Origin: an uncultured Puniceicoccaceae bacterium
GTDB taxonomy: Bacteria; Verrucomicrobiota; Verrucomicrobiia; Opitutales; Oceanipulchritudinaceae
Assembly: GCA_964629165.1 (NCBI GenBank)
Contig: CAZVQJ010000001.1
Span: 1-51,473, forward strand
Length of the DNA stretch: 51,473 bases
Direction of reading: 5' to 3'
A program made the translations under genes and the position numbers. The notes under the pieces were generated by a model. That model was not told the DNA's origin. It did no database searches and worked only from the letters and a program-made list of their open reading frames with translations. Of this stretch, positions 1 to 8,276 are shown one piece after another (position 1 is the first letter of the stretch; each line of letters opens with the position of its first letter).

Positions 1-1
1 G

Positions 2-109
2 GGCCTGATCGCGGCTGGCGTGATTGCCGCGCGCAAGGGATGGCTGACGCCTCAACACGTGCTGAACACGCGCACAAAGGAAGAGATCGAATCATTCTTT
101 CGCGGTTGA
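2..109 (+). CDS. 3' end of an unidentified CDS (partial; ...GLIAAGVIAARKGWLTPQHVLNTRTKEEIESFFRG*)
   Basis: Open frame from the window edge to TGA at 107-109. No recognisable motif in the 35 visible residues. Confidence 0.3.
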   Translation, partial: GLIAAGVIAARKGWLTPQHVLNTRTKEEIESFFRG

Positions 110-203
110 TGGGCAAACGTTTCCGTCTGTTTCTGTCTTGTCGGCGGATCGCCTGCAGCTTCAGATGCATTCCCATGCAGATCGATCCGCCCGCAGATCG
201 GCG

Positions 204-1088
204 ATGATGCCGCCCCGCAAAGCACTTGTCCCCGTCGCAGGGCTCGGGACCCGCTTCTTTCCGGCATCCCACGCGATGAGGAAGGAACTGTTTCCCGTCG
301 TGGGACCTGACCATTCCGTCCGACCGCTGCTCCACTGGCAGCTGCGGGATCTCGTGCGCGCCGGGTTCGATGTGATCGGTCTGGTCGTCTGCCCGGGAGC
401 CGAACGGACTATCCGCACGTATTTTGAGGGGCCGCGGGGAGCGTTTCTCGATGCCATCCGGACCGGACCCGCGAACGAGGACGAACTCGCAGAAATGCGG
501 CAGATCCTCGCCGCCCTGCATTTCATTGAGCAGCCGGAGCCAGAGGGTTTCGGGCATGCGGTGTATCAGGCGCGGTCATTCGCCTCGGGCGAACCGGTTC
601 TCCTCTGCACGGGCGACCATCTTTTCCGCGGATCGTGCCACCGGGAGGTCGTGGAGGCGTATGCAAAAGGGGGCGGGCGTTCCGTTTCTGCCGTCACGCC
701 CGTGCATGCGTCTCGGCTTTATGGATACGGAACGATTGGTGGTGAGCGTTGGGAATCGGACTCGCGGATGATCGAGGTGGCCGCGATCCTTGAAAAACCC
801 TCCGTGGAGTCCGCCCGGGCGAGGCTGCACGTCAGCGGTCTTCCCCCGGATACCTGGCTCGGCTGGTTTGGGCTGCATGCGCTCGCGCCTTCGATTTTCG
901 ACATTCTGGAGGAGCTGATCCGGGACGGAATTCGCGACAACGGCGAGATTCAGCTGACCCGCGCCAAGCAGATTCAGCGGGAACGCTTCGGTTATCTCGC
1001 ATGTGAGATCACCGCGAGCCAACGCTTTGACTTCGGCCTGCCCGAAACATTTGTCTCAACCCTCGCGGCTTTTGCTGAAGCGAAATAA
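204..1088 (+). CDS. galU: UTP--glucose-1-phosphate uridylyltransferase-like sugar nucleotidyltransferase
   Basis: N-terminal KALVPVAGLGTRFFPASHAMRKELFPVV matches the GalU/GtaB G-loop (AGLGTRxLPATKxxPKEMLP). Also EPEGFGHAV, an EKP motif and QLT. ATG at 204 is preferred over TTG at 138 because the motif then sits at the N-terminus. Confidence 0.7.
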   Translation: MMPPRKALVPVAGLGTRFFPASHAMRKELFPVVGPDHSVRPLLHWQLRDLVRAGFDVIGLVVCPGAERTIRTYFEGPRGAFLDAIRTGPANEDELAEMRQILAALHFIEQPEPEGFGHAVYQARSFASGEPVLLCTGDHLFRGSCHREVVEAYAKGGGRSVSAVTPVHASRLYGYGTIGGERWESDSRMIEVAAILEKPSVESARARLHVSGLPPDTWLGWFGLHALAPSIFDILEELIRDGIRDNGEIQLTRAKQIQRERFGYLACEITASQRFDFGLPETFVSTLAAFAEAK

Positions 1089-1102
1089 GGTGAGAGCGTG
1101 CT

Positions 1103-1573
1103 TCAGTGGGAGTAGGTGCACGCGATCTTCTCGTTCTTTCGGGGACCGGTGATGCGCCATTCGGCGTGGATGGCCGCGTCCGCCAAGTGGAGGTCGAGGC
1201 GGTAGCGGTCTTCGCCGCAAACATGGGGTTCCCAGCTGCGGAAATGTGCGGGAGAGTCCATTCTCAGCTCGACGATGAAAACGGGAGGGCCCTGCCTGCA
1301 ATGGAAGACCTTCAAGCGCCGGTCTTCCTGTTGCCAGCGGTAATGGTTGTGGATACGAATCGTTCGGGCGCTTCGTGCGGCCGGTTGAAAAACCCCTCGC
1401 TCCAGAAAATCAAGGGTATCGCCCGATTCCGTGATTTCGACCGTTCCCCGGGCGTCACCGGTCCACCCGGTTTGAGAACCGTGCCTCGATGTGATCACAG
1501 AGGTGAACCCGAACACGCGCCGGAGGCTGTCCCAGAGTGGCAGGATTGAATCGTTGTGATCTTTCGTCTCCAT
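1103..1573 (-). CDS. hypothetical protein, DUF6314-like (lipocalin-like beta-barrel family)
   Basis: C-terminal pattern H.CGEDRY...W.ITGP.K...I.C.Y recalled from DUF6314-type proteins. Internal ATG at 1573 chosen. Family assignment is from memory only. Confidence 0.45.
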   Translation of the reverse strand: METKDHNDSILPLWDSLRRVFGFTSVITSRHGSQTGWTGDARGTVEITESGDTLDFLERGVFQPAARSARTIRIHNHYRWQQEDRRLKVFHCRQGPPVFIVELRMDSPAHFRSWEPHVCGEDRYRLDLHLADAAIHAEWRITGPRKNEKIACTYSH

Positions 1574-1694
1574 GGAAAGTTCCTGTTGTGGATCTCTTTG
1601 GACGGAAGGCCAATCTCGATCCTTTCGGTCCGCAGGGCTCCCGGTGGATTTCACTCGACGGCTCAGGGCGATTGGCCCGCGATATTGCGCGGAA

Positions 1695-2564
1695 ATGAGC
1701 TACCTCTGGTTCACCACCGCCTTGTGGGCGTTCTCGTTCAGCCTGATTGGGGTATATCTTTCCGGCCAGGTGGACCCATGGTTCATGGTCATGACGCGTG
1801 TGGGGCTGGCGGCCCTCGTTTTTCTGCCATTTCTGAGGCGGGCCGCTCTGAGCACAGTCGCTTTACCGCTGATGGGGATTGGCGGCGTACAGCTTGGGCT
1901 GATGTACGTTTTCTACTATCAGTCGTTCCTCCTCCTGACGGTGCCCGAGGTGCTGATTTTCACGATTTTCACGCCCCTCTACGTGACGTTGCTCTACGAT
2001 CTTCTGGAACGGAGATTCAAGCCGGTCTACCTCGTTACGGCAGCGCTTGCGGTGGGAGGTGCGGCGGTCATGCGCTACGGTGCACTCTCGGACGAATACT
2101 GGCTCGGTTTCCTCGTTGTCCAGGGGTCGAACCTTTGTTTCGCCCTGGGGCAGGTGGGCTACAAGGCGTGGCAACGACGATGGGCGGCGCCGGTGCCCCA
2201 GTACTCGGTTTTTGGATACTTTTATCTCGGTGCGTTTGTTGTGGCGGCGGGCGGATGGCTCCTTTTCGGGACTGCGAAATACCCCTCGAGCGGCCTCCAG
2301 TGGGGGATTCTGGGATGGCTCGGGGTGGGCGCGAGCGGGCTCGGCTACTTCCTCTGGAATTTCGGCGCGACGCGCGTCAATGCAGGTGCACTTGCGATCA
2401 TGAACAACGCGCTCATCCCGGCCGGATTGATCGTCAACGTCGTGATCTGGAACCGGGAAGCGGATCTGGTGCGCCTCGGCATTGGAGGATCTGTGCTCGT
2501 GGGAGCGCTCCTTCTCAACGAGTGGGTAGTACGACGGAGGCCGCTTGCGCCAGTTGCGAGCTAA
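1695..2564 (+). CDS. EamA/DMT-family transporter (10-TM drug/metabolite transporter superfamily)
   Basis: About 10 hydrophobic helices with two EamA-like halves. ATG at 1695 (MSYLWFTTALWAFSFSLIG) begins the first TM helix. The upstream part of the ORF is a non-membrane extension. Confidence 0.75.
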   Translation: MSYLWFTTALWAFSFSLIGVYLSGQVDPWFMVMTRVGLAALVFLPFLRRAALSTVALPLMGIGGVQLGLMYVFYYQSFLLLTVPEVLIFTIFTPLYVTLLYDLLERRFKPVYLVTAALAVGGAAVMRYGALSDEYWLGFLVVQGSNLCFALGQVGYKAWQRRWAAPVPQYSVFGYFYLGAFVVAAGGWLLFGTAKYPSSGLQWGILGWLGVGASGLGYFLWNFGATRVNAGALAIMNNALIPAGLIVNVVIWNREADLVRLGIGGSVLVGALLLNEWVVRRRPLAPVAS

Positions 2565-4720
2565 GCCAGTATCTTGGCGATGGCGGACTGCAGGCGCCCG
2601 AAGTCGACGGGTTTGGTGAGGTGCTCGCCGAACCCGGCTTCGTGACAGGCGTCGATGTCGTCTTCCATGCCGTATCCACTCAGGCAGATTCCCCGGATAT
2701 CTGCCTGCAGGGAGCGCATCCGCTTCATGAGTTCGATGCCGCTTTCGTCGGGCAGTCCTACATCGGAAACGACGAGATCGAAATTCATTTCCTGGAAAAG
2801 TCGGTAACCTTCGGCGGCGGTTTCGGCATGTTCCACCGTGTATCCCGCACTTTGCAGGAGGCGTTTGAGAATCTTACCGGTGTCGCCATGATCCTCGACG
2901 AGGAGGATGTGTGGGGGCGCGTCTCCGTTGACTGGGGAGTGGACGGGAGAGGCGCACGGAGAGGAGGCCGGAGCATCGGGAAGCTCGGATGCGGGAAGGG
3001 TGACGACAAAGGTGGAGCCGTGTGAGTGACCCCGCGATTGCACTTCGATTGTGCCGTCATGGATCTCGATAATTGCCTTGGCGATGGCGAGGCCGAGACC
3101 GAGGCCACCCTCCGTTCCCTGCCTCGGTTTGCTATGGGTTTGCTCGAAGGGGAGGAAGATCCGTTCGAGGTCTTCGGAAGCGATTCCGAGGCCCTCATCG
3201 TGCACTTTCACGACGAGGCGTTGGTCCTGGATCTGTGCATGGAGGCGGATGGTGGCTCCGGGAGGGCTGAATTTTGCCGCGTTCTTGAGGAGGTTCCAGA
3301 AAACCTGTTGCAGGCGGGGCCCGTCTCCGACCACTCCGCAGCCTTCGATCTCGTCGATTTCAAGCTGCAGGTGCTGGGACTTTGCATCGATATCACCGTC
3401 GATAATCTGAACCGCATCGCGAAGCAGATCATCTGCCGCATGCAACTGACGATCGAGCTCGATCTTGCCGCGACTGACGCGAGTGAGATCGAGCAGGTCA
3501 TCGATGAGCCGGCTCTGGATGCCCGCGTTGCGTCGGATCATGGCGATGTCTTCGCGCACATCCGCCGGGATGCGAGGATCTTTCTCGAGAACTCCCGCCG
3601 CTGCGAGGACGGGTGTCAGGGGTGTGCGCAGTTCATGGGAAAGCATCGCAAGGAAGCGATCCTTGGCCTGGTTGGCCGCCTCCAATGCGGCCGCGTGCTC
3701 CTCCAGTGACTGCTGGCTGCGCAAGGTTTCGATCATGAGTGCACCTTGGGCGGCTATCCACTCGATCACCCGGAATTGCTCCTCTGTCCAGTGGGCGACT
3801 TCAGGGCTGCAGGCAACGAGCAAGCCAGCGGGTCCACGCTTGTGCGAGAGTGGCGTTGCCAGCATTGAGTGCACCGTGCGGTCGTTCCCGAAGGGCTCCG
3901 AAAGATCCGGTCGTTGCGACAGGTCGGAGACATAGGCAGTCCGGTTCTCGCGCAGGACGACGCTGGCGATCGAGTTGGATAGCGGCCATGCCCGTGGGAG
4001 TGAAGGTTCACCGGCCGCGAGAGCCTGCGACGCGAGCTCCATCTGGCCGCCATTTTGTTCGAGGATACCCACGCTTGTGGCGGGTGCCCCGATGATGGAG
4101 AGGGCGCGCTTGCACAGCTCCGCCAACATTTCTGCGGTCGAATGATTTTGGCGGAACGATTTGATCAGCCCTTCAAGGATCTCCTCACGCCCTGAAAGCC
4201 GGGTATTGAGGTCAACGAGATCTTCGTTCTGCCGCGTAACCTCTTCACTTTGTGCCTCGATTTCCTCATTCTGTTCGGCGAGTTCCTCGGCCTGCGCCTT
4301 GATTTCCTCGTTCTGCTGCAGGACCTCTTCGGTCTGCGCATCGAGTTCTGCGTTCTGGGCGGAGATCATCGCATTCCGCTGTTCCAGATGGGTCCTCAGG
4401 ACTACGATTGCGTGGACGACAACCGCACCGACCAGAATGTTGATGAGCGTGCTTCCGAGATAGAGCAGCGCGCCACGCGTCGAAACCACGTCTTCCGGCA
4501 TGACCCAGAACACCTTTGCGAGCGCCATGAGGACAAAGGAAACCGCCATCAACCAGACGTGCCAGAGGCGTCGGGTCCAGACGCATAACAGGATCGGAAG
4601 AACGAAGGTCAGGGGCAAAATGGTATCGTCGAACAGAAAGACGCGGACGTAGCCCCATCCCGCGATAAGCAGGACGACAACCGCAGTTGCGAGAAAAAGA
4701 GACGGTCGCGAAGTTTTCAT
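2561..4720 (-). CDS. hybrid sensor histidine kinase (TM region, repeat coiled coil, GAF, HisKA, HATPase_c, C-terminal receiver)
   Basis: H-box FLAMLSHELRTPLTPV. N/G boxes (NLLKNAAKFSP, DEGLGI, GGLGLGLAI). Receiver ILLVEDHGD...DLVVSDVGLPDESG...TKP. Start at ATG 4718-4720 (MKTSRPSLFLATAVVVLL), 4 nt after the cheR-like stop. The longer ORF to 5086 would overlap that gene. Confidence 0.9.
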   Translation of the reverse strand: MKTSRPSLFLATAVVVLLIAGWGYVRVFLFDDTILPLTFVLPILLCVWTRRLWHVWLMAVSFVLMALAKVFWVMPEDVVSTRGALLYLGSTLINILVGAVVVHAIVVLRTHLEQRNAMISAQNAELDAQTEEVLQQNEEIKAQAEELAEQNEEIEAQSEEVTRQNEDLVDLNTRLSGREEILEGLIKSFRQNHSTAEMLAELCKRALSIIGAPATSVGILEQNGGQMELASQALAAGEPSLPRAWPLSNSIASVVLRENRTAYVSDLSQRPDLSEPFGNDRTVHSMLATPLSHKRGPAGLLVACSPEVAHWTEEQFRVIEWIAAQGALMIETLRSQQSLEEHAAALEAANQAKDRFLAMLSHELRTPLTPVLAAAGVLEKDPRIPADVREDIAMIRRNAGIQSRLIDDLLDLTRVSRGKIELDRQLHAADDLLRDAVQIIDGDIDAKSQHLQLEIDEIEGCGVVGDGPRLQQVFWNLLKNAAKFSPPGATIRLHAQIQDQRLVVKVHDEGLGIASEDLERIFLPFEQTHSKPRQGTEGGLGLGLAIAKAIIEIHDGTIEVQSRGHSHGSTFVVTLPASELPDAPASSPCASPVHSPVNGDAPPHILLVEDHGDTGKILKRLLQSAGYTVEHAETAAEGYRLFQEMNFDLVVSDVGLPDESGIELMKRMRSLQADIRGICLSGYGMEDDIDACHEAGFGEHLTKPVDFGRLQSAIAKILA
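4190..4357 (-). repeat. four tandem 14-aa (42-nt) coding repeats inside the histidine kinase: QNAELDAQTEEVLQ / QNEEIKAQAEELAE / QNEEIEAQSEEVTR / QNEDLVDLNTRLSG
   Basis: Read directly from the translation between the last TM helix and the GAF domain. Double-heptad periodicity with an invariant QN(E/A)(E/D) start. Confidence 0.8.
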
Positions 4721-4724
4721 GGGC

Positions 4725-5588
4725 TCAGGCAGGTTTTCGAAAGATGCAGGGACCAAGTTTTTCGAGGGCGACGCCCCCGGGCGGGTGTTCGGCTTTTCCG
4801 CTGACGAGAAACCCTCCGGGAGCGAGTTCACGGATGAGGGAATGCCAGATGGTCTCTGCGGCGTTGACTTCGAGGTAGATCGCCATGTTGCGCCAGAGGA
4901 TGAGGTCCCATGGGCCCGGCTCTGCCTGTTGGAGAAGGTTGGCCTGCTTCCAGCGCAAGCTCTGGTGCAGGCGTGCGGTCGGCCGCACATTCCCCCGATA
5001 ATGGGAAAAATGTTGTTTCCAGAACGACCCGAGGTTGTTGATCGACTCGGTCGGGAATTCGCCTGCCTGCGCCTGCCGGATGGCATCTTCGCGACAGTCG
5101 GTACCGAGCAGATCGGACTCGTCGAGGAGGCCCGCCTCGTTCAGGAGGATCGCCACCGAGCAGAGTTCGCGTCCATCAGAACACGCTGCGCTCCAGACGC
5201 GAAGTGGCCGACCGAGGCAGGCAAGCCCGGGCACGACCAGGCTCCGGAGGTGCGCGAAGACGGTTTCGTCACGACAGAAGTCGGTGACTCCGAGGAGGAC
5301 GACGCTGACCGTCGCAGGCGCGAGTTCAGGCCGTGCTTTCAGTTTTGCTCGGGCATCCCGCAAATCGTTGACCCGCAGGAATCGCAGGCAGGCGGGCACC
5401 CGACGGTTGAGCGCACGACTGCGGTAGGAATCCGGTGACAATCCGACCAGATGGAACAATTCATGGAAGAATGTATCGACGCCTTCGATAGCGGAGGATG
5501 AATCCGTTTCACGCCCGCCCGTGGGGTGGGAAGGAAGCACCCTCCGGGGTTCCTTGACGCCGTGGAAGTAGAGACATTCAGACACCAT
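4725..5588 (-). CDS. CheR-type protein-glutamate O-methyltransferase-like protein
   Basis: CheR N-terminal helical part (FFHELFHLVGLSPDSYRSRALNRR), TDFCRDETVF, SAM-binding core LRVWSAACSDGRELCSVAILL, then DLILWRNMAIYL. ATG at 5586-5588. Confidence 0.85.
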   Translation of the reverse strand: MVSECLYFHGVKEPRRVLPSHPTGGRETDSSSAIEGVDTFFHELFHLVGLSPDSYRSRALNRRVPACLRFLRVNDLRDARAKLKARPELAPATVSVVLLGVTDFCRDETVFAHLRSLVVPGLACLGRPLRVWSAACSDGRELCSVAILLNEAGLLDESDLLGTDCREDAIRQAQAGEFPTESINNLGSFWKQHFSHYRGNVRPTARLHQSLRWKQANLLQQAEPGPWDLILWRNMAIYLEVNAAETIWHSLIRELAPGGFLVSGKAEHPPGGVALEKLGPCIFRKPA

Positions 5589-5770
5589 TTCTGGTAATGG
5601 TGGAAACGTGATATCCCTCGTGAGTCAAAGGCATTACGAATCGGGACCGATTGAAGAGCCTGACCGGAGGCCGAAGAAGGGCGCGTGCGGCCCGAAACCC
5701 AAGCGTGGATGAGGGACAAACGGCAATCTCTTTTCGGACGGAGCGTCCGGATGGACGTCAGGGAAGGCGC

Positions 5771-6388
5771 TCAGCCGGACTCGGCCGTTTCCTCCCAATC
5801 CCGTAGTTGAAGGAGGAGGCTCTCCCGCCTCGGTGCGAGGTCTTTTTTCACTACCCACGTATTCAGTTTCCAGATACCGGCAAAGGCGATCAAGGTACAT
5901 CCGCCCAATAGCACCGCCGGAACGGGCCATGGCATCGGACTTTCGACACCGACGGCGACGGCGAAGAGGAAAACAGGCACCGCGAGCGGCAGAAGATACC
6001 ACCAGATTACCCGCCGGAGTAGAAGAATCTGGTGTTCCACCTGAGCGAGGGCGCGGTGGATTTCGGCGAGGGGCGTGTCGGGAAGAGCCGCCAGCTTCCG
6101 GCGTTGCGTCGTGCGGTCAATCACGAGGAAAAGGGCGACGCCGAGGGAAGCGATCGCGATCAGGTAGGCGGAGGCCGTCGTGAGGGCGGGCGCTGATTGG
6201 CCGATCCAAACAAAGATCGTGGCCACGAGAACGGCGGCGGCGATCTCACGGGCGTCGCGCCAGACGATCGTACGGTTGAATGTGCGGGCGTCGAGGCGCA
6301 CCCGTTCGAGTTGTCGGGCAAATGGCATGGTGTCGGGGGGTTGGTTGTGGCTGGCTTTCCAGTGTTCCTTGCTCTCTTCAAAGTTCAT
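5771..6388 (-). CDS. 4-TM membrane protein co-transcribed with the ECF sigma factor (candidate non-canonical anti-sigma factor)
   Basis: Its start ATG overlaps the sigma-factor stop (ATGA at 6385-6388). About 45-aa cytoplasmic N-terminus, then four hydrophobic helices. No HxxxCxxC zinc anti-sigma motif. Confidence 0.6.
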   Translation of the reverse strand: MNFEESKEHWKASHNQPPDTMPFARQLERVRLDARTFNRTIVWRDAREIAAAVLVATIFVWIGQSAPALTTASAYLIAIASLGVALFLVIDRTTQRRKLAALPDTPLAEIHRALAQVEHQILLLRRVIWWYLLPLAVPVFLFAVAVGVESPMPWPVPAVLLGGCTLIAFAGIWKLNTWVVKKDLAPRRESLLLQLRDWEETAESG

Positions 6389-6891
6389 CGCGGTTCCTCC
6401 TGAAGGATGTTGTTGAGGCGTTGCCGGGCCCGGTGCAGGCGCACTTGGGCGGCGTTTTCGGAGATCCCGAGGATCTCCGCCATCTTCCGTCGGGGCGTCT
6501 CTTCGAGCGCGAGGAGGAGGATCGCCCGATCCAGTTCGGTTACCTGACGCAACGCTGCGTAGACGGCGGCGAGCCGGGCGGAGGACTCCGCATGATCATC
6601 AGCAGCGAGTTCTTCGGCCCGCGCCTGCAGTGGTTCCGGGGTGGGATGGCGTCGCTCCGTCCGGGCGCTTCTCATCGCCGTGTTGAGCCCTACCCGGTAG
6701 GCCCAGGTCGAAAGCATCGACTGTCCGTTGAACCGTGGCAGCCCCAGCCAGATCTGGAGGAGCATCTCCTGGAGGAGATCCTCTCGTTCGGCCGGCGCCA
6801 CAAAAGCGCCCGTGATCCTCCAGAGCATCGGGCGGAGGTCTTCGGCGCATTCGCGGAACATGGACTGTTTCTTTTCGTCATTCACGCTCAT
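6385..6891 (-). CDS. RNA polymerase ECF-type sigma-70 factor
   Basis: Region 2 (REDLLQEMLLQIW...FNGQS.LSTWAYRVGLN) and region 4 HTH (LDRAILLLALEE...KMAEILGISENAAQVRLHRARQRL). Confidence 0.9.
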   Translation of the reverse strand: MSVNDEKKQSMFRECAEDLRPMLWRITGAFVAPAEREDLLQEMLLQIWLGLPRFNGQSMLSTWAYRVGLNTAMRSARTERRHPTPEPLQARAEELAADDHAESSARLAAVYAALRQVTELDRAILLLALEETPRRKMAEILGISENAAQVRLHRARQRLNNILQEEPR

Positions 6892-6947
6892 GGAAATCAG
6901 TATCCGCCTTCACGGAAACCTTACACGAAAAGAGCCCATCAATGAAT

Positions 6948-8225
6948 TTAGAGCGCGCGGATGGCCCCGCAGAGGACGTCAGCCGTCTGGTCGATGTCTG
7001 CGTCGGTGTGTGCGGTGGAGAGAAAACACGTCTCATAGGCGCTCGGCGGAAGGTAGACTCCATTGTCGAGCGCATGGTGAAAGAGTTTCTTGAAATGAGA
7101 GGTCGTGCTCTTGACGGCGTCGTCGTAATTGCGCACGGGCTCGTCCGCGAAAAAGAGGGCAAACATGGAGCCCGTCTGCGGAACCTGGAGAGGCAGCCCC
7201 TTGTCGGAAGCAGCCGTGCGCAGGGCGGCTGCGAGGCGCGCGGCTTTCCGGTCGAGATCTGCGAAGGGCTGGATAGTCTCCAGTTCCGTCAGGGCGGCCA
7301 GTCCGGCGGCCATCGCGAGCGGGTTACCGGAGAGGGTTCCGGCCTGATAGACGGGACCGAGAGGAGCAATATGCTCCATGAGGTCACGGCGACCTCCGAA
7401 AGCGCCCACGGGCAGCCCGCCGCCGATCACCTTGCCCATCGCGGTCAGGTCTGGTCGCAGGCCTTCGATCGATTGCACGCCGCCAAGCGCGAGCCGGAAC
7501 CCCGTCATGACCTCGTCGAAAATGAGGATGGCGCCGGATTGATCGCAGAGGGCCCGCAATGTCTGCAAGAATCCCGCTAGGGGCAGGATCAGTCCGCAGT
7601 TGGCGGGGTAGCTTTCTACAATGACTCCGGCGATATCGTCGCCGTGTTCCTGAAAAGCGGCTTCCAGGGCAACGGGATCATTGTAGGGCAGGACAATCGT
7701 GAGCGCGGCAAGCTCGGCCGGGATGCCTGCGCTGTCAGGATTGCCGAGGGTGAGCGCACCGGAGCCGGCTTTGACGAGGAGGGAATCTGCGTGCCCATGG
7801 TAGCAGCCTGCAAACTTGACGATCTTTTTTCGGCCGGTGGCACCCCGAGCGAGTCGGATGCAGCTCATGCAGGCCTCTGTCCCGCTGTTGACGAACCGCA
7901 CCATTTCCACGCTGTCGACGAGATCGACGACCCTCTGGGCGATGGCCACTTCTGTCGCGTTCGGCGTGCCGAAGCTGGTCCCGCGCTGTGCGGCATCGAC
8001 GACCGCTTCGCGAATACCTGCGTGATTGTGCCCGAGAATGGCGGGACCCCATGTGCAGACGTAGTCAATGAGTTCGCGTCCATCGACGGTATGGAGCCGC
8101 GCACCGTCGGCGCGTTCCGTGAAAAAAGGAGCGCCGCCGACAGAGCGGAATGCCCGCACAGGACTATTGACGCCTCCGGGAAGGATCCGCTGCGCGTGTT
8201 CGAAAAGGGCGGAAGACGATGCCAT
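6948..8225 (-). CDS. hemL: glutamate-1-semialdehyde 2,1-aminomutase
   Basis: [32 protein letters not shown], the FDEVMTGFR motif and [16 protein letters not shown] (PLP lysine region). ATG at 8225 preferred over the TTG at 8237. Confidence 0.95.
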   Translation of the reverse strand: MASSSALFEHAQRILPGGVNSPVRAFRSVGGAPFFTERADGARLHTVDGRELIDYVCTWGPAILGHNHAGIREAVVDAAQRGTSFGTPNATEVAIAQRVVDLVDSVEMVRFVNSGTEACMSCIRLARGATGRKKIVKFAGCYHGHADSLLVKAGSGALTLGNPDSAGIPAELAALTIVLPYNDPVALEAAFQEHGDDIAGVIVESYPANCGLILPLAGFLQTLRALCDQSGAILIFDEVMTGFRLALGGVQSIEGLRPDLTAMGKVIGGGLPVGAFGGRRDLMEHIAPLGPVYQAGTLSGNPLAMAAGLAALTELETIQPFADLDRKAARLAAALRTAASDKGLPLQVPQTGSMFALFFADEPVRNYDDAVKSTTSHFKKLFHHALDNGVYLPPSAYETCFLSTAHTDADIDQTADVLCGAIRAL

Positions 8226-8276
8226 CCTTCCATGCAAACATCGGGAGCGAAGCAGGGGAAGCGAAAGTGGCGCCGG

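Noticed and set aside
1556-3025. 489-aa plus-strand ORF overlapping the DMT transporter frame and the kinase 3' end
   Set aside because: It is out of frame with the 10-TM transporter, which gives a coherent membrane topology, and antisense to the kinase receiver domain. The translation is Gly/Arg-rich.
4721-5086. N-terminal 122-aa extension of the histidine-kinase ORF (2561..5086)
   Set aside because: The extension is Ser/Arg/Pro-rich and would overlap the 3' third of the cheR-like gene in another frame. ATG 4720 begins exactly at the first TM helix, 4 nt after the cheR-like stop.
5735-5749. Perfect hairpin CGGACG-GAG-CGTCCG between the anti-sigma-like gene and the cheR-like gene
   Set aside because: On the transcribed (minus) strand it is followed by AAAAGAG rather than a U-tract. 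The T-run lies on the wrong side. The stem is too short to call a terminator or regulatory element.
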